Origin: Candidatus Bathyarchaeota archaeon
GTDB lineage: Archaea > Thermoproteota > Bathyarchaeia > Bathyarchaeales > Bathycorpusculaceae
Length of the DNA: 64,000 bases
Assembly: GCA_963739305.1 (NCBI GenBank)
Contig: CAVTZU010000015.1
Span: forward strand, 32,001-96,000
Direction: 5' to 3'
Position 1 is the stretch's first letter. Every line of letters starts with the position of its first letter. The position numbers were made by a program, and so were the translations under genes. Of the stretch, positions 1-11,466 are shown piece after piece. The notes under the pieces are model-generated. The model worked only from the letters and a program-made list of their open reading frames with translations, was not told where the DNA came from and did not search any database.

Positions 1-28
1 CGAAAATCGGTTTATCAGAAGCAGTCAT
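1..28 (-). CDS. 5' end of a gene running off the window (MTASDKPIF...)
   Basis: ATG at 28 on the minus strand, preceded by a purine-rich SD-like stretch and a TATA-like CTTATAAG; only 9 codons are visible. Confidence 0.3.
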
Positions 29-267
29 CTCTACTTTTTCTCCTTTCCTTATAAGACTGAATCCTAGTGTTGTTTCGGTGAACATTTAAGACTTTCTACG
101 TTTGGTTTGAGTCAATTTCTTTAATTTGAAAACAACTGTCAAATTAAACACGACACTTGAGCACGGAGAATTGATTAGAAAACTAATTAAACTCCAGCCA
201 ACGACTCATGTCAATTGCGACGCGTACTCCAAGATTTGCGTCGAACCCTTAAGGATTCAGCAACGCC

Positions 268-2172
268 ATGGCTTCGATAACTATCTATTTCAGTCCAGCT
301 GGACGCAAAGTGAAGGTCAAGGCAGGCACAAACATCTTGAATGCAGCCATAGAAGCAGGCGTAGCCATAAGAGCAGAGTGCGGAGGAAACGGTATCTGCG
401 GCAAATGCAGAGTGATCGTGCAAGATGAAAAAGCGGCGGGCAAATCATCAGAAGTTGAAAAGAAACATCTTAACGCCGGCGAATTAGGTTCGAGTTACAG
501 ACTGGCTTGCCAGACATTTCCAAAACAGGACCTTGACGTTCTAGTTCCGAAAGAAACTAGAATCGGTGACCGGAAAATTCTGGTCCAAGGCGTTGAGAAA
601 AAAACGAAACTTAACCCGATGGTCAAAAAGTTCCACATAAGACTTGAAAAACCTTCGCTATCCGACATCAGACCAGACTTTGAAAGACTCCTCGGAGGTT
701 TATCAAACTCACAAGAGCTTCACGATTTATCGATTGAATATGAAATTCTGCGACAGTTGCCAGACATTCTTCGCGATGCGAACTGGGATGTCACTGTGAC
801 CGTTTGGGACAACGACAAAATCGTCGCAGTTGAGGCTGGCGATACCCGGGGAAGGCTGTTCGGACTTGCCGTAGATATCGGCACTTCGAAGGTAGTTGGG
901 CACCTCGTGGATTTGACAACCGGGAAGACTGTCAGCACCGCTTACACTGAGAATCCTCAAATGCCCTACGGGGCCGACATCATAACGCGGATCGCCTTCG
1001 CCATGCAGAAGGAAGTCAACCGTGAAACCCTGAGAAAAGCAGTCATTGAAGGAATCAACAAGGTCCTGAGGCAGACATGTCTGAAAACCAAAGTGGACAT
1101 GAATCAAATCTACCAAACCGTTCTGGTTGGAAACACAGCCATGCACCATCTTTGTCTTGGAATCCAGCCGAAACACACTGCCCTGTCGCCCTACGTACCG
1201 GCGATAAAGAGCTCTGTAGACCTGCCCGCTGAACAGCTCCACATAGAAATGAACCGCAACGGTATCTGCAGCTTTTTGCCGATCATCGCCGGCTTCGTAG
1301 GGGCAGACGCGGTCGCGGACATCATTGCAACATCACTCTATCAACTGGAAAAGGTATCCATGCTCATAGACATTGGAACGAACACTGAGGTGTTCGTTGG
1401 CAATTTCAAGGATATCGTTACGTGTTCATGCGCGTCTGGTCCTGCTTTTGAGGGAGCTAGGATCAAGCATGGAATGAAGGCTGAAACCGGTGCTATAGAA
1501 AGCCTCTGTTTGGAATCTGACTTCGACGTTGAATTCAAAACTATCGGAAATACCAAGCCCAAGGGCCTTTGTGGGTCGGCAATGATTGACGTTGTTGCGG
1601 AAATGTTCAAGTCGGGAATAGTTGATTCTAAGGGAAGAATTAGCTCGGATCTGAAGACGCCGCGACTCAGAAGAACGGATAAGCAATTGGAATTTGTCAT
1701 TGCTTGGGCAAACGAGACCGGAATTAACAGGGATATCGTGATAACTCAGAAGGACGTTGGAGAGATTCAGCTTGCAAAGGCCGCAATATTCGCTGGATGC
1801 TCTGTGTTGATGAAAGCGCGAAACCTTAAGCAAAAGGATCTAGACAGAGTTCTTGTGGCAGGAACTTTTGGCAGCTACATCAATCCTGAAAATGCAAAGC
1901 TTCTAGGACTCGTACCTGACGTGGCGACGAACAGAATTGAATTTGTAGGAAATACGGCCGTGACAGGAGCAAAGATGGCTTTAGTTTCAAAAGAAGCAAG
2001 GGAGACAAGCGATAGAATATCGAAAGAGATTCGATATCTCGAATTGGCAACTGCTCCTGAATTCAGCAAAGAACTAACTGATGCGATGTTTATTCCCCAC
2101 AGAGACCTAGACAGATTTCCACGCGTGTGCAAGTACCTCAACAAGAACGCGAAAGCGCGAGATTATTTGTGA
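268..2172 (+). CDS. ASKHA-domain corrinoid reductive activator (RACo/DUF4445 type) with N-terminal 2Fe-2S ferredoxin
   Basis: CGGNGICGKC...RLACQ 2Fe-2S motif; DIGTS, GADIITRI, DIGTNTE, GPAFEG and GLCGS ASKHA motifs. Confidence 0.9.
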   Translation: MASITIYFSPAGRKVKVKAGTNILNAAIEAGVAIRAECGGNGICGKCRVIVQDEKAAGKSSEVEKKHLNAGELGSSYRLACQTFPKQDLDVLVPKETRIGDRKILVQGVEKKTKLNPMVKKFHIRLEKPSLSDIRPDFERLLGGLSNSQELHDLSIEYEILRQLPDILRDANWDVTVTVWDNDKIVAVEAGDTRGRLFGLAVDIGTSKVVGHLVDLTTGKTVSTAYTENPQMPYGADIITRIAFAMQKEVNRETLRKAVIEGINKVLRQTCLKTKVDMNQIYQTVLVGNTAMHHLCLGIQPKHTALSPYVPAIKSSVDLPAEQLHIEMNRNGICSFLPIIAGFVGADAVADIIATSLYQLEKVSMLIDIGTNTEVFVGNFKDIVTCSCASGPAFEGARIKHGMKAETGAIESLCLESDFDVEFKTIGNTKPKGLCGSAMIDVVAEMFKSGIVDSKGRISSDLKTPRLRRTDKQLEFVIAWANETGINRDIVITQKDVGEIQLAKAAIFAGCSVLMKARNLKQKDLDRVLVAGTFGSYINPENAKLLGLVPDVATNRIEFVGNTAVTGAKMALVSKEARETSDRISKEIRYLELATAPEFSKELTDAMFIPHRDLDRFPRVCKYLNKNAKARDYL

Positions 2173-2297
2173 CCAATGGTCAAGCTTGAGATGTATCGAT
2201 CACAATCCTTTTCTATTCTCAGTTCTTCTCTGCCTTCTGAGAGATGACTTGCATGCACTGCCATAACGGAAGGATTCTCAGACCAGACTTATCCCCT

Positions 2298-2367
2298 CTA
2301 CGCCGATTCATCGAAGAACCTTTGCCTCATGGATCATTCAAGGGAATCGCGGATACCCAAAGGAGAA
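2298..2367 (+). pseudogene. Relic of an aldehyde:ferredoxin oxidoreductase C-terminus
   Basis: Translates LRRFIEEPLPHGSFKG, resembling LPRRFMEEPLPDGPSRG of the AOR at ~34706-34756. Confidence 0.5.
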
Positions 2368-2391
2368 AAGACCGCGCGAGTGTGATCTGAA

Positions 2392-2865
2392 TTGGTTACT
2401 TTGATCGAATGGACTGCAATCCTGTCTGCTGTGGCAGGCCTGGCTGCAACAGTTTTCATTTTGCTCCAGTTTAGACACATGGAACAGCATAGAAACCTTG
2501 AGATTTCGATTAAGTTGTTTGAATGGGCAGAAACCGAGAGGCTTAGAAAAGCCTTCAGGTGGATAGAAGAAGAGTTCGAGTTTGAAAATTATGAGAAATA
2601 CAAGACAGAAGTGGAAAAGGACTTCGAGGTCAGCGACTACCCCTACGAAGTTGAAGCTTTCTTCGAGGAAGTTGGTTTCCTGGTTAACAAAAAGTTCGTC
2701 GATATAGATGTCATCGTAGATCGACTGGGTGCTTACATAGTTTCAAACTGGAAAAAGCTGGAACCATGGATACTCGCGGTGCGAAAAGAGAGGGGCGACA
2801 AAACGTTCGGGGAGCATTTTCAGAAGCTACGTGAAAAGACTGTTGCCTACATGAAAAAGACGTAG
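2392..2865 (+). CDS. DUF4760-like protein with N-terminal TM helix
   Basis: N-terminal TM segment, then FFEEVGFLV...IVSNWKKLEPWI...FGEHFQKL pattern. Confidence 0.6.
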   Translation: MVTLIEWTAILSAVAGLAATVFILLQFRHMEQHRNLEISIKLFEWAETERLRKAFRWIEEEFEFENYEKYKTEVEKDFEVSDYPYEVEAFFEEVGFLVNKKFVDIDVIVDRLGAYIVSNWKKLEPWILAVRKERGDKTFGEHFQKLREKTVAYMKKT

Positions 2866-3021
2866 AAAAGACCTGCAATAGCTTCATAGAGGAGTTTTAG
2901 CCGATATCAAGTTTCAATATATAAACGGTTGAATCCATCAAGCTTTTCGAAAATGGTGAAACGGTTATATTTCTGTTTGCGTACGCTAAGGAAATAGCAT
3001 GTTATGCGGAGACTTCTCATA

Positions 3022-3570
3022 ATGGATGAAGAGAACGAGGAGCAACAGCAAGCCGACGAGAGAATCGAGTCACTTCAGAACGCCTTGGAAACAGAGAAGC
3101 AACGTTCAGAAGACTACTTCACGCAGTTGAAATACGCTAGGGCAGATCTTGAGAACTTCAAGAAGAGATGTGATCGGCAGATTGATGATGCGAGAAAGTA
3201 CAGCAACGAACGCATTGTGGTTGGCTTGCTGGACGTTGTCGACGAGCTTGAATTGGCGATAGAAGCTGCTCGTTCATCCAACTCTACAGAAGCACTCGTT
3301 CAAGGCGTTGAAATGACCCTGAAGAAGCTTAGAAAGATCCTTGAAAATGAGGGAGTGCAACCGATAAAGAGCGTCGGCGAACCCTTCGACCCTCTGAAAC
3401 ACGATGTTATAGCCAAGACCGAAAAAGAGGGAGTCGAGGGATGCATGATAGTTGAAGAAGTGAGAAAGGGATACATGATGAGGGAAAAAGTGATTAGACC
3501 GAGTATAGTTAAGGTTGTCGTGCAACCTTCAAAATCACAAAAGGAGATGGATTCAAATGAGCAATGTTAA
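3022..3570 (+). CDS. grpE: Nucleotide exchange factor GrpE
   Basis: [36 protein letters not shown]; first gene of the dnaK operon. Confidence 0.95.
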   Translation: MDEENEEQQQADERIESLQNALETEKQRSEDYFTQLKYARADLENFKKRCDRQIDDARKYSNERIVVGLLDVVDELELAIEAARSSNSTEALVQGVEMTLKKLRKILENEGVQPIKSVGEPFDPLKHDVIAKTEKEGVEGCMIVEEVRKGYMMREKVIRPSIVKVVVQPSKSQKEMDSNEQC

Positions 3571-5444
3571 ATCAGGAGAAAAAATCCTGGGAATAGATCT
3601 TGGAACAACCAACTCAGCGGCCGCCATCTACGAAGGCGGAAGATCCACGGTGATCCCGAGCGCTGAAGGACCGACAATGGCCGGGAAAATGTTCCCTTCA
3701 GTCGTGGCTTTCACCAAGGATGGCACACTTTTAGTGGGAGAATCCGCCAAGAGGCAAGCCACCGCAAACCCTGAGGGAACGATTTACGAAATAAAGAGAA
3801 AAATGGGAACTGACTACAAGGTCAACATAGCCGGGAAAGAATATACCCCGCAGCAAATCTCCGCGTTTATTCTGCAGAAGATAAAGAAAGACGCCGAGAC
3901 TTATTTGGGGACCGCGGTGAGGAAAGCCGTCATAACTGTTCCAGCCCACTTCAACGACAATCAGCGACAAGCAACGAAGGACGCAGGGGAAATAGCTGGT
4001 TTGGAGGTCGCCAGAATAATAAACGAGCCAACTGCAGCGTGCTTGGCTTATGGAATTGACAAACTCGAAAAAGAAATGAAGATACTTATTTTCAGCTTTG
4101 GCGGTGGCACCCATGACGTCACGATAATGGACTTCGGAAAAGGAGTCTTCCAAGTGCTTTCAACAAGCGGCGACACCCAGACAGGCGGAACCGACCTTGA
4201 CAAGGCCGTGACTGACTTTCTCATTGAGGAGTTTCAAAGACAGACGGGCGTCAACCTCCGCAACGACCGAACGGCTCTATCAAGACTGAAAGAAGCCTCG
4301 GAGAAAGCAAAGATAGAATTGTCAACACTGATGACCACCGACGTGGATCTGCCTTTCCTCTACAACGACGCTTCTGGACCCAAGCACCTCCACTTGACCC
4401 TGTCAAGAGCGAAGCTTGAATCGCTGGCTCAGCCGATAGTACAAAAGACCGAGCGCACGATGGTAAGGGCTCTCGAAGACGCGAAGCTCACTCCGAAAGA
4501 CATAGACAAAATAATCCTTATCGGCGGAATGACGAGAATGCCCTACGTGCAGAGATTTGTTGAGCAGATCATGGGCAGACCAGCAGAGAGGGGAATAGAC
4601 CCGATGGAATGCGTCGCCATCGGAGCCGCAATACAGGGCGCAGTGCTTACGGGCGAAGTGAAAGATCTGCTGTTACTGGACGTCACTCCATTGTCTCTTG
4701 GTGTCGAAACACTCGGAGGCGTATTCACGAGAATCTTGGAGAAAAACACGACTATCCCGACGAGGAGAAGCCAGATATTCACGACGGCGGCCGATTTTCA
4801 AACTGCCGTGACGATTCACGTTCTCCAAGGCGAACGTCCAATGGCATCTGACAACGTTTCTCTCGGCGTATTCAACTTGGAAGGCATTCCGCCTGCTCCG
4901 AGAGGTGTGCCGCAGATCGAAGTCACCTTTGACATTGATGCAAACGGAATTCTGAACGTGACTGCAAAAGACTTGGGCACCAAGAAAGAAGCAAAGATAA
5001 CCATAACGGCTTCAACGAAACTGTCGAAGGAAGAAAAGGAGCGATTGATCAGACAAGCAGAGGAGTTCGCTGAGCAAGACAAGAAGAAGCGTGAGACTGC
5101 AGACATAAGGAACAACGCTGACAACGCGATCTACACGGCAGAAAAAACGAAGAAAGACTTGGGAGAAAAGCTGACGCAAGATCAAAAGAACAGGATAGAC
5201 GCGGCTGTTTCCGCCCTCAAAGATGCGCTGGCAGGCACCGATGTCGACAAGATGAAAGGCAAAATCCGATGAACTCTCAAAGGTGCTCCAAGAAGTGGGA
5301 ACAGTCATTTACCAGCAGGCAGCTGCTGAACAAGCTAAGCAGCAGGGACAGCCTACCGCTGGAGCGGCAGGTCCTGAACAGGAACAGGAGCCTGGGCCAA
5401 GCGGAGACAGAGTCGTTGATTCAGAGGACTACAAGGTGAAGTAA
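3557..5444 (+). CDS. dnaK: Chaperone DnaK (Hsp70) with a +1 frameshift near 5255
   Basis: [37 protein letters not shown]; the C-terminus ([19 protein letters not shown]...[10 protein letters not shown]) continues in another frame to TAA 5442-5444. Confidence 0.95.
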
Positions 5445-5498
5445 CAACTCTGACGTGAACTAGCCCGAAACGTTATCCCCTGACTCGATGGTTGATGG

Positions 5499-6623
5499 AT
5501 GTCTAGCAAAAGAGACTACTATGAGGTTCTAGGCGTCCCCAGAACCGCTTCAAAAGACGAGATAAAAGACGCCTACAGAAAGCTTGCGTTGCAGTACCAC
5601 CCAGACAGAAACAAGGCACCAGACGCTGAGGAAAAGTTCAAGGAGATATCAGAAGCTTACGCCGTTTTGTCGGACGACGAGAAGAGAACACAATATGATC
5701 AGTTAGGTCACGCGGGCTTCGATCAACGCTACACTTCTGAAGACATATTCCGAGGCGCAGACTTCGACTCCATATTCAGGGACATAGGATTCGGTTCAGG
5801 CGGCCTCACAGATGTCTTCAGCTTCTTCTTCGGCGACCGAGGATTCAGGGAAAGAGAAGCAAGAGGGAGAGATCTCGGCTATGAGCTTGAAATAACTCTA
5901 GAAGAGGCCGCAAACGGGGCAGAGAAGGAAATAAGAATCGAAAGGACAGAAAAATGCGATGTCTGCGGAGGCAGCGGAGCAGCCCCGGGAACATCGCCGA
6001 GAATTTGCCCCAGATGTAACGGGTCGGGAAGAGTGCAAGCCACGACGAGAAACGCCTTCGGAACTTTCGTACGAGTCGTATCTTGTCCCACTTGCGGCGG
6101 AAGAGGCAGAATCATTGAAAGATCGTGTCCCAAGTGTAGAGGAAGTGGTCTGATACAGAGAGAACGGCAGATCACGGTGAAGATTCCGCCGGGAATAGAT
6201 GACGGTAACCAGCTCAGGCTTTCGGGGCAAGGAGAGATGGCATCTGGCGCGGAGTATCCTAGTGACCTGTACGTTATTATGCGCATCGCCCCTCATCGAT
6301 ACTTCAAAAGAGACGGCGACGATCTTCTGTACAATTTAACCGTCGGCTTTCCTCAGCTTGCACTAGGAGCCGAGGTTTCAGTTCCAACGCTTGAAGGAAC
6401 CACGACTATGAAGATTCCCTCTGGCACACAACCCGGTGAAATGATTAGGCTGCGAGGGAAAGGCATGCCTAGATTTAGAGGATACGGCAGGGGCGACCTT
6501 CTTGTAAGAGTCAGAATCGCGGTACCTGAGAAATTGACGCAACAGCAGAAATCGCTGCTCGAACAGCTGGCCAAAGAATTTGGTCAGGACGTCAAGCCCA
6601 AAGGTCACAGGCTGAGGATCTAG
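5499..6623 (+). CDS. dnaJ: Chaperone DnaJ
   Basis: J domain with HPD, G/F region, four CxxCxGxG repeats. Confidence 0.97.
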   Translation: MSSKRDYYEVLGVPRTASKDEIKDAYRKLALQYHPDRNKAPDAEEKFKEISEAYAVLSDDEKRTQYDQLGHAGFDQRYTSEDIFRGADFDSIFRDIGFGSGGLTDVFSFFFGDRGFREREARGRDLGYELEITLEEAANGAEKEIRIERTEKCDVCGGSGAAPGTSPRICPRCNGSGRVQATTRNAFGTFVRVVSCPTCGGRGRIIERSCPKCRGSGLIQRERQITVKIPPGIDDGNQLRLSGQGEMASGAEYPSDLYVIMRIAPHRYFKRDGDDLLYNLTVGFPQLALGAEVSVPTLEGTTTMKIPSGTQPGEMIRLRGKGMPRFRGYGRGDLLVRVRIAVPEKLTQQQKSLLEQLAKEFGQDVKPKGHRLRI

Positions 6624-6666
6624 GCGACGCAAAAAAAGTGGAGATTTGAAGAAGAATTAATCGCTT

Positions 6667-7239
6667 CTAGTAGTTTTCGCAGTAGGCCTCGTAGTAGCTT
6701 CTTGGATGTTGGCAGACGGGGCACTTGTCAGGAACTTCCGCTCCTTCGAAAACGTAGCCGCAGTTCCTGCATTTCCATTTTATCGGTGCGTCTTTCTTGA
6801 AGACTTTGCCTTGTTCAACGTTGGCGAGCAGTTTTAGGTAGCGTCTTTCATGGTATGCTTCGACTTTGGCGACTTGCCGGAAAACTCGGGCGACTTCCTT
6901 GAAACCCTCTTTCTCCGCGAGGTCTGCAAAACCGGGGTAGAGTGTTCCCCATTCGAATTTTTCGCCTTCCGCTGCGGCTTTCAGATTTTGTGCAGTTGTT
7001 CCGACCACTCCTGCGGGGTAGGATGCTTTGATTTCGACTGGGCCTCCTTTGAGTTGATCAAAGAAGAGCTTCGCGTGTTCTTTCTCGTTGTCTGACGTTT
7101 CCTGAAAGATAGCGGAGATTTGTTCAAAGCCTTCTTTTTTTGCTGCGCTCGAGAAGAAGCTGTATCGGGTTCTTGCTTGTGATTCTCCAGCGAACGCTGC
7201 AAGCAGATTCTTTTCGCTTTCGCTTCCTTTAAACTCCAT
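6667..7239 (-). CDS. rbr: Rubrerythrin
   Basis: AFAGESQARTRY, EKEHA, EAYHERRY, C-terminal rubredoxin WKCRNCG...CPVC. Confidence 0.95.
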   Translation of the reverse strand: MEFKGSESEKNLLAAFAGESQARTRYSFFSSAAKKEGFEQISAIFQETSDNEKEHAKLFFDQLKGGPVEIKASYPAGVVGTTAQNLKAAAEGEKFEWGTLYPGFADLAEKEGFKEVARVFRQVAKVEAYHERRYLKLLANVEQGKVFKKDAPIKWKCRNCGYVFEGAEVPDKCPVCQHPRSYYEAYCENY

Positions 7240-7392
7240 GTTCTTCAACCTTCTTGGTTGGCATATTTGGCAATCTGAAATAAAAAGAGTTTGAACGAGT
7301 TGTGTTCTTCGGTCGATTCGCGCGCGAGATCACTGATCATCACATTGCTCTGCAACTGTGCTCCGAATCCTTAAGAGTTCGAGTTGAAGAAT

Positions 7393-8718
7393 ATGACAAC
7401 AGAACAGGAAGAATCCCGTATGGTTGACTATGTTTCAAAGACACCCAAATCCAAAGCCATGTATGAGAGAGCGAGAAGAACGCTTCCCGCAGGAGTCACC
7501 TATGGAATACGTTATTTTGAGCCATATCCGTTCTATGCGGCTAGAGCCAAAGGTAGTAGACTGTGGGACGTTGACGGGAACGAGTACATTGATTTCTGGC
7601 TCGGGCATACAGCGCTCATCCTCGGGCACAGCCCAAAAGAAGTTGTGGGGGAAGTCAAAGAACAGGTCGAAAACGGGACACAGTACGGAGTTTCAAATGA
7701 ACTGGAAGTTGCGTTGGCTGAACAGACCGTGAAGATGGTTCCTTGCGCGGAGATGATTCGGTTTACGAATTCTGGAACTGAAGCCAACATGTACGCTATT
7801 AGGCTGGCAAGAGCGTTCACGGGACGGAACAAGATTGCAAAGTTTGAGGGAGGGTGGCACGGCGGCTACGATGCACTTCACGTCGGCGTTAAACAACCGT
7901 TTGACCTACCTGAATCCGCTGGCTTAACGCCTGGAGCCGTGCAGGACACGCTTCTTCTGCCTTTCAATGACCTCGAAGGAGTTGAAAAGAGACTGAGGCA
8001 CGAGCATCCCGCATGTATCCTTGTCGAACCCATGCTGGGTTCAGGCGGTGGAATCCCGGCTGACAAGGAGTTTCTGAAAGGTTTACGAGAATTCTGCAAT
8101 AAGAGTGACATTCTGCTAATCTTCGATGAAGTGATTACAGGATTCAGGCTGGCACCTGGAGGAGGACAGGAGTATTATGGGGTCACTCCTGACATCACAG
8201 TTCTAGGAAAGATTCTAGGAGGCGGGTTCCCGGTGGGCGCCTTCTGTGGTCCCAGGAGAATAATGAAGAGGCTGGACACGACCACGTACAAACGTCCCCA
8301 TTATTCTTTCCACGGAGGAACATTCGTCGGAAACCCGATTACGATGATCGCGGGATTGACGACTCTGAAAATGTTGGAAGACGGCAAGATAACCACTCGA
8401 CTCAATAGACTTGGAGACAAGATCAGGATGACGATTCGACAGATATTCGGCAAAAACGGGGTTGATGTGCAGAACCTCGGGGCAGGATCGATATTCAACA
8501 CACTCTTCACAGACAAACAGGTATTCGACGCCTCCTCAGCTTCCAGAGCCGACAAAAAGAAACTCTTTGATTACAACATGGCACTAATTGCCAAGGGCAT
8601 ATTCTTCTTGCCAATGCACTCGCAGGCTTTGTCGACCGCCCACTCAAAAGCAGACATCGAGAAGCTGTTCGCTGAAACAGAAGAATACGCAAAGCATCAC
8701 AAGGGGACAGAGGCCTGA
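7393..8718 (+). CDS. Class III aminotransferase (glutamate-1-semialdehyde aminomutase-like)
   Basis: NSGTEA, FEGGWHG, LIFDEVITGFR, GKILGGGFPVGA PLP-lysine motif. Confidence 0.9.
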   Translation: MTTEQEESRMVDYVSKTPKSKAMYERARRTLPAGVTYGIRYFEPYPFYAARAKGSRLWDVDGNEYIDFWLGHTALILGHSPKEVVGEVKEQVENGTQYGVSNELEVALAEQTVKMVPCAEMIRFTNSGTEANMYAIRLARAFTGRNKIAKFEGGWHGGYDALHVGVKQPFDLPESAGLTPGAVQDTLLLPFNDLEGVEKRLRHEHPACILVEPMLGSGGGIPADKEFLKGLREFCNKSDILLIFDEVITGFRLAPGGGQEYYGVTPDITVLGKILGGGFPVGAFCGPRRIMKRLDTTTYKRPHYSFHGGTFVGNPITMIAGLTTLKMLEDGKITTRLNRLGDKIRMTIRQIFGKNGVDVQNLGAGSIFNTLFTDKQVFDASSASRADKKKLFDYNMALIAKGIFFLPMHSQALSTAHSKADIEKLFAETEEYAKHHKGTEA

Positions 8719-8920
8719 GTTCTGCTTCTTCGTTTTTTTAACCTGATTGATTCTCTAGGTGAGGTTGTCCTGATACCATCAACGTATTGCGTTTGCAGGC
8801 GATTGTCGCTTCAAGCACGCTTATTCGTATTTGGCAATATTATGAGCATAAATACCAGATAAGTGGCATTTATCGCTCTGATGCGAGTTCCACTTTGATC
8901 GAAAAAGAGAGACAGAACTC

Positions 8921-10135
8921 ATGATCCAGGAAGCGAATTCGAGTAGTCGCGAGTCACGCAATTTTATTCTTCTGTTGATCATTATCTTCTTCACGACTTT
9001 TGCCAGCTCGATGGTGTCAGCTTCGCCAGTACCGTTCTTGTTGAAGAATCTTGCTGTGACAAGAGAAGCTTTCGCATCCTTCATCGGACTCATGGCATCC
9101 ATAAGCAGTGTTGCGATGATAACAGCAAATTTCGCCGGAGGATTCTTGGCAGACAGATTGGGAAGGAAGACCACGATTGGCTTGGGAGCCGGCCTGTTAG
9201 CGCCCAGCCTGTTTGCATACACCATCGCGCCCGGTGCCTTCTGGGTTATCGTCCTGTACTTCGTTCAAATGTTCTCAATTTCTCTGTTTCAACCAGCGTT
9301 CACAGCACTCGTAGCCGACATGAGCCGAGTGAGCTCACGAGGGAAAGCCTTCGGTTGGTTCAACTTGTTCTGGATTGGAAGCGCGATTCCAGGACCACTC
9401 ATAGGCGGACTTCTTGTTGATAATTTGGGACTTCATTTTCCCTTCATCACGGGTGCCCTCGTATCACTCGTCGGGCTGGTCGCCTGTGTTGGCCTAGCTG
9501 GAATTTCAGGCAGGACGGCATCAGCAGAACAGGTCGTTTCTGAAGTGGAAAATGAGAAGAGTCTGATGCCTTTCGGCAAAGTGATACTGATCTTTGGAAT
9601 GGTCGGTATGCTTTCAGGTCTGGCGAGTGGTTTGATTATACCGTTGAGCAGGCTTTACCCGATCGACATGCTGCACGTCACGGCTACTGAGTTAGGTCTC
9701 ATAATTTCACTCGGTTCCGCTCTTGTAACAGCCTTGGTTCAAATTCCAGGCGGAGGATTGACCGACAGGTTTGGAAGAAAGAAGATGATGCTGTTCAGTC
9801 TGTTGGGAGCGCCTTTCGTCGTTGCCCTTGCCTTCACTCATTCCGTCTTCGAGTTCACGCTGGTCTTTTCCGGAATGAGCGGCTTCGGCAACATAAGCGG
9901 TCCCGCCTATTCGGCTTGGCAGATGGAGCTGGTGCCCTGCAGCAGGAGAGCCATGGCCTCCGGGCTCATCAACGCTTTGACTGGAACAGGAATGTTCTTC
10001 GGCCCCTTCTTGAGCATATGGCTCTATCAATCCCAGCCTAGCGCTACTCTTGCGTTTGTTGCAGCCGCTATCCCGTGGGTTCTCAGTATTCCTCCGATCT
10101 TGAAGCTAAAAGAGACCAGAAATTCCACCATATAG
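8921..10135 (+). CDS. MFS transporter
   Basis: About 12 TM segments; motif A twice (GFLADRLGRK, GGLTDRFGRK). Confidence 0.92.
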   Translation: MIQEANSSSRESRNFILLLIIIFFTTFASSMVSASPVPFLLKNLAVTREAFASFIGLMASISSVAMITANFAGGFLADRLGRKTTIGLGAGLLAPSLFAYTIAPGAFWVIVLYFVQMFSISLFQPAFTALVADMSRVSSRGKAFGWFNLFWIGSAIPGPLIGGLLVDNLGLHFPFITGALVSLVGLVACVGLAGISGRTASAEQVVSEVENEKSLMPFGKVILIFGMVGMLSGLASGLIIPLSRLYPIDMLHVTATELGLIISLGSALVTALVQIPGGGLTDRFGRKKMMLFSLLGAPFVVALAFTHSVFEFTLVFSGMSGFGNISGPAYSAWQMELVPCSRRAMASGLINALTGTGMFFGPFLSIWLYQSQPSATLAFVAAAIPWVLSIPPILKLKETRNSTI

Positions 10136-10256
10136 AAGTTTCAAACTTGGGTCTCTACGGCCTCTTTCTAAACAGGTGGACTTTGTCCAGAAACGTGATG
10201 GTGCGATGCTCGCTGCCAATGCATACCTGTTTCAGTAATTGAAAAATGGGTTTGAA

Positions 10257-11282
10257 CTACTTCTTCATGTTTCTCGTCATTTTAGCGGCTATCTCGATGG
10301 CCTTTATTGCGTCGCTCACTGTTGCTTGCGGTTGTTTGTGGTGAATAATGCAGTCAATGAAGTGTTCGTCTATTTGGCGATGCCCCCAGATTCTTGCGCC
10401 TTTGACGTCTAAGTCCAATTCTTCGGGCTTCTGGTCGAGTCCGTAAGTGATGATCTTGTTTGTTCCTATCGCATGCAGGACGTTTGTGTTGTCCCCGAAG
10501 ACTTCAAGCCTAGATATGCTCGCAGATGGAGCAACCGAGGCACTATAGTGGAGAGAACCGACCATACCGTTAGACAGCTTGACGAGGCCCATGGTGTTGT
10601 AGCCGAGTATGCCGAGTTTCTCGATTTTTGGGTAGCTCGTCATCCATTCGACTTCGGTTACTTCGGTTCCGAACATCCATCGGATCATGTCGATGGACCA
10701 TACTGAGAGTGTGAAGTCTGGGTATCCTCCGCTCTTTTCGATGTTCCAGGCCCAGGATCCAGGTGGCCATTGTTCGGCTAGGCTTGTTGCGGGAATGAAC
10801 TCGCGATAATGAAGCGCGATTGGCTTTCCGATTTTTCCAGCTTCAACTAGTTCTTTCGTCTTGCCGTATATCGGAGCAAAACGGAAGTTCAGGTCAGGCA
10901 TGAGGAGAACCTTGGCTTTCTCTGCCGCTGACTCGAGTTGCTTCATCTGTTCGGTCTTGGGAGCCAGAGGCATCTCGCACAGTACGTGTTTGCCTTTTGC
11001 TATGGCCTTCATTGAGAGATCGAAGTGAAGAGGTGTGGGTACGGCCAAGACTATGGCCTGAACTTCCTGCTGTTCAAGAAGTGTGTCGTAGTCCAGAAAA
11101 TACTTCACTTGCAAGCGTTCGGCCATAGGTTTCACTCTGCTTTCGACTGTGTCACACAAGGCTACTAAGCTAGAGTCTTCGATTTTCTTGAAGCTCGGGG
11201 CGTGTGCTTGTCCACCGACAAAACCAACCCCGACGACTGCCACGCCGACTTTGGCGGTCATTTTTTCACCGTTGCTTGACAT
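10257..11282 (-). CDS. Gfo/Idh/MocA family oxidoreductase
   Basis: VGVGFVG Rossmann motif; GKHVLCEMP (EKP variant). Confidence 0.9.
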   Translation of the reverse strand: MSSNGEKMTAKVGVAVVGVGFVGGQAHAPSFKKIEDSSLVALCDTVESRVKPMAERLQVKYFLDYDTLLEQQEVQAIVLAVPTPLHFDLSMKAIAKGKHVLCEMPLAPKTEQMKQLESAAEKAKVLLMPDLNFRFAPIYGKTKELVEAGKIGKPIALHYREFIPATSLAEQWPPGSWAWNIEKSGGYPDFTLSVWSIDMIRWMFGTEVTEVEWMTSYPKIEKLGILGYNTMGLVKLSNGMVGSLHYSASVAPSASISRLEVFGDNTNVLHAIGTNKIITYGLDQKPEELDLDVKGARIWGHRQIDEHFIDCIIHHKQPQATVSDAIKAIEIAAKMTRNMKK

Positions 11283-11466
11283 TCGAAAGTAGCTATTTAA
11301 GTTTGATGTGTACCTTCGAAGAATCGGAAAAGAATTGGAAGGCTGATGCTAATGCTCATGCAGCCTCCAATTGGCAAACTTCCACTTGTTGATATTCAAT
11401 AAATGGGGGCGTTCTGAAAATCCTTATATTGATTTGAGGCGTTTGGGCTAACCTAAGAAGATAACG

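Noticed and set aside
2915-2975. Heat-shock operator upstream of grpE (TTTTCGAAAA, repeated AAACGGTT)
   Set aside because: Short motifs that I cannot match confidently to a known archaeal heat-shock regulator site.
5250-5272. Programmed frameshift in dnaK
   Set aside because: No clear slippery heptamer or stimulatory structure; many similar indels in the window point to error.
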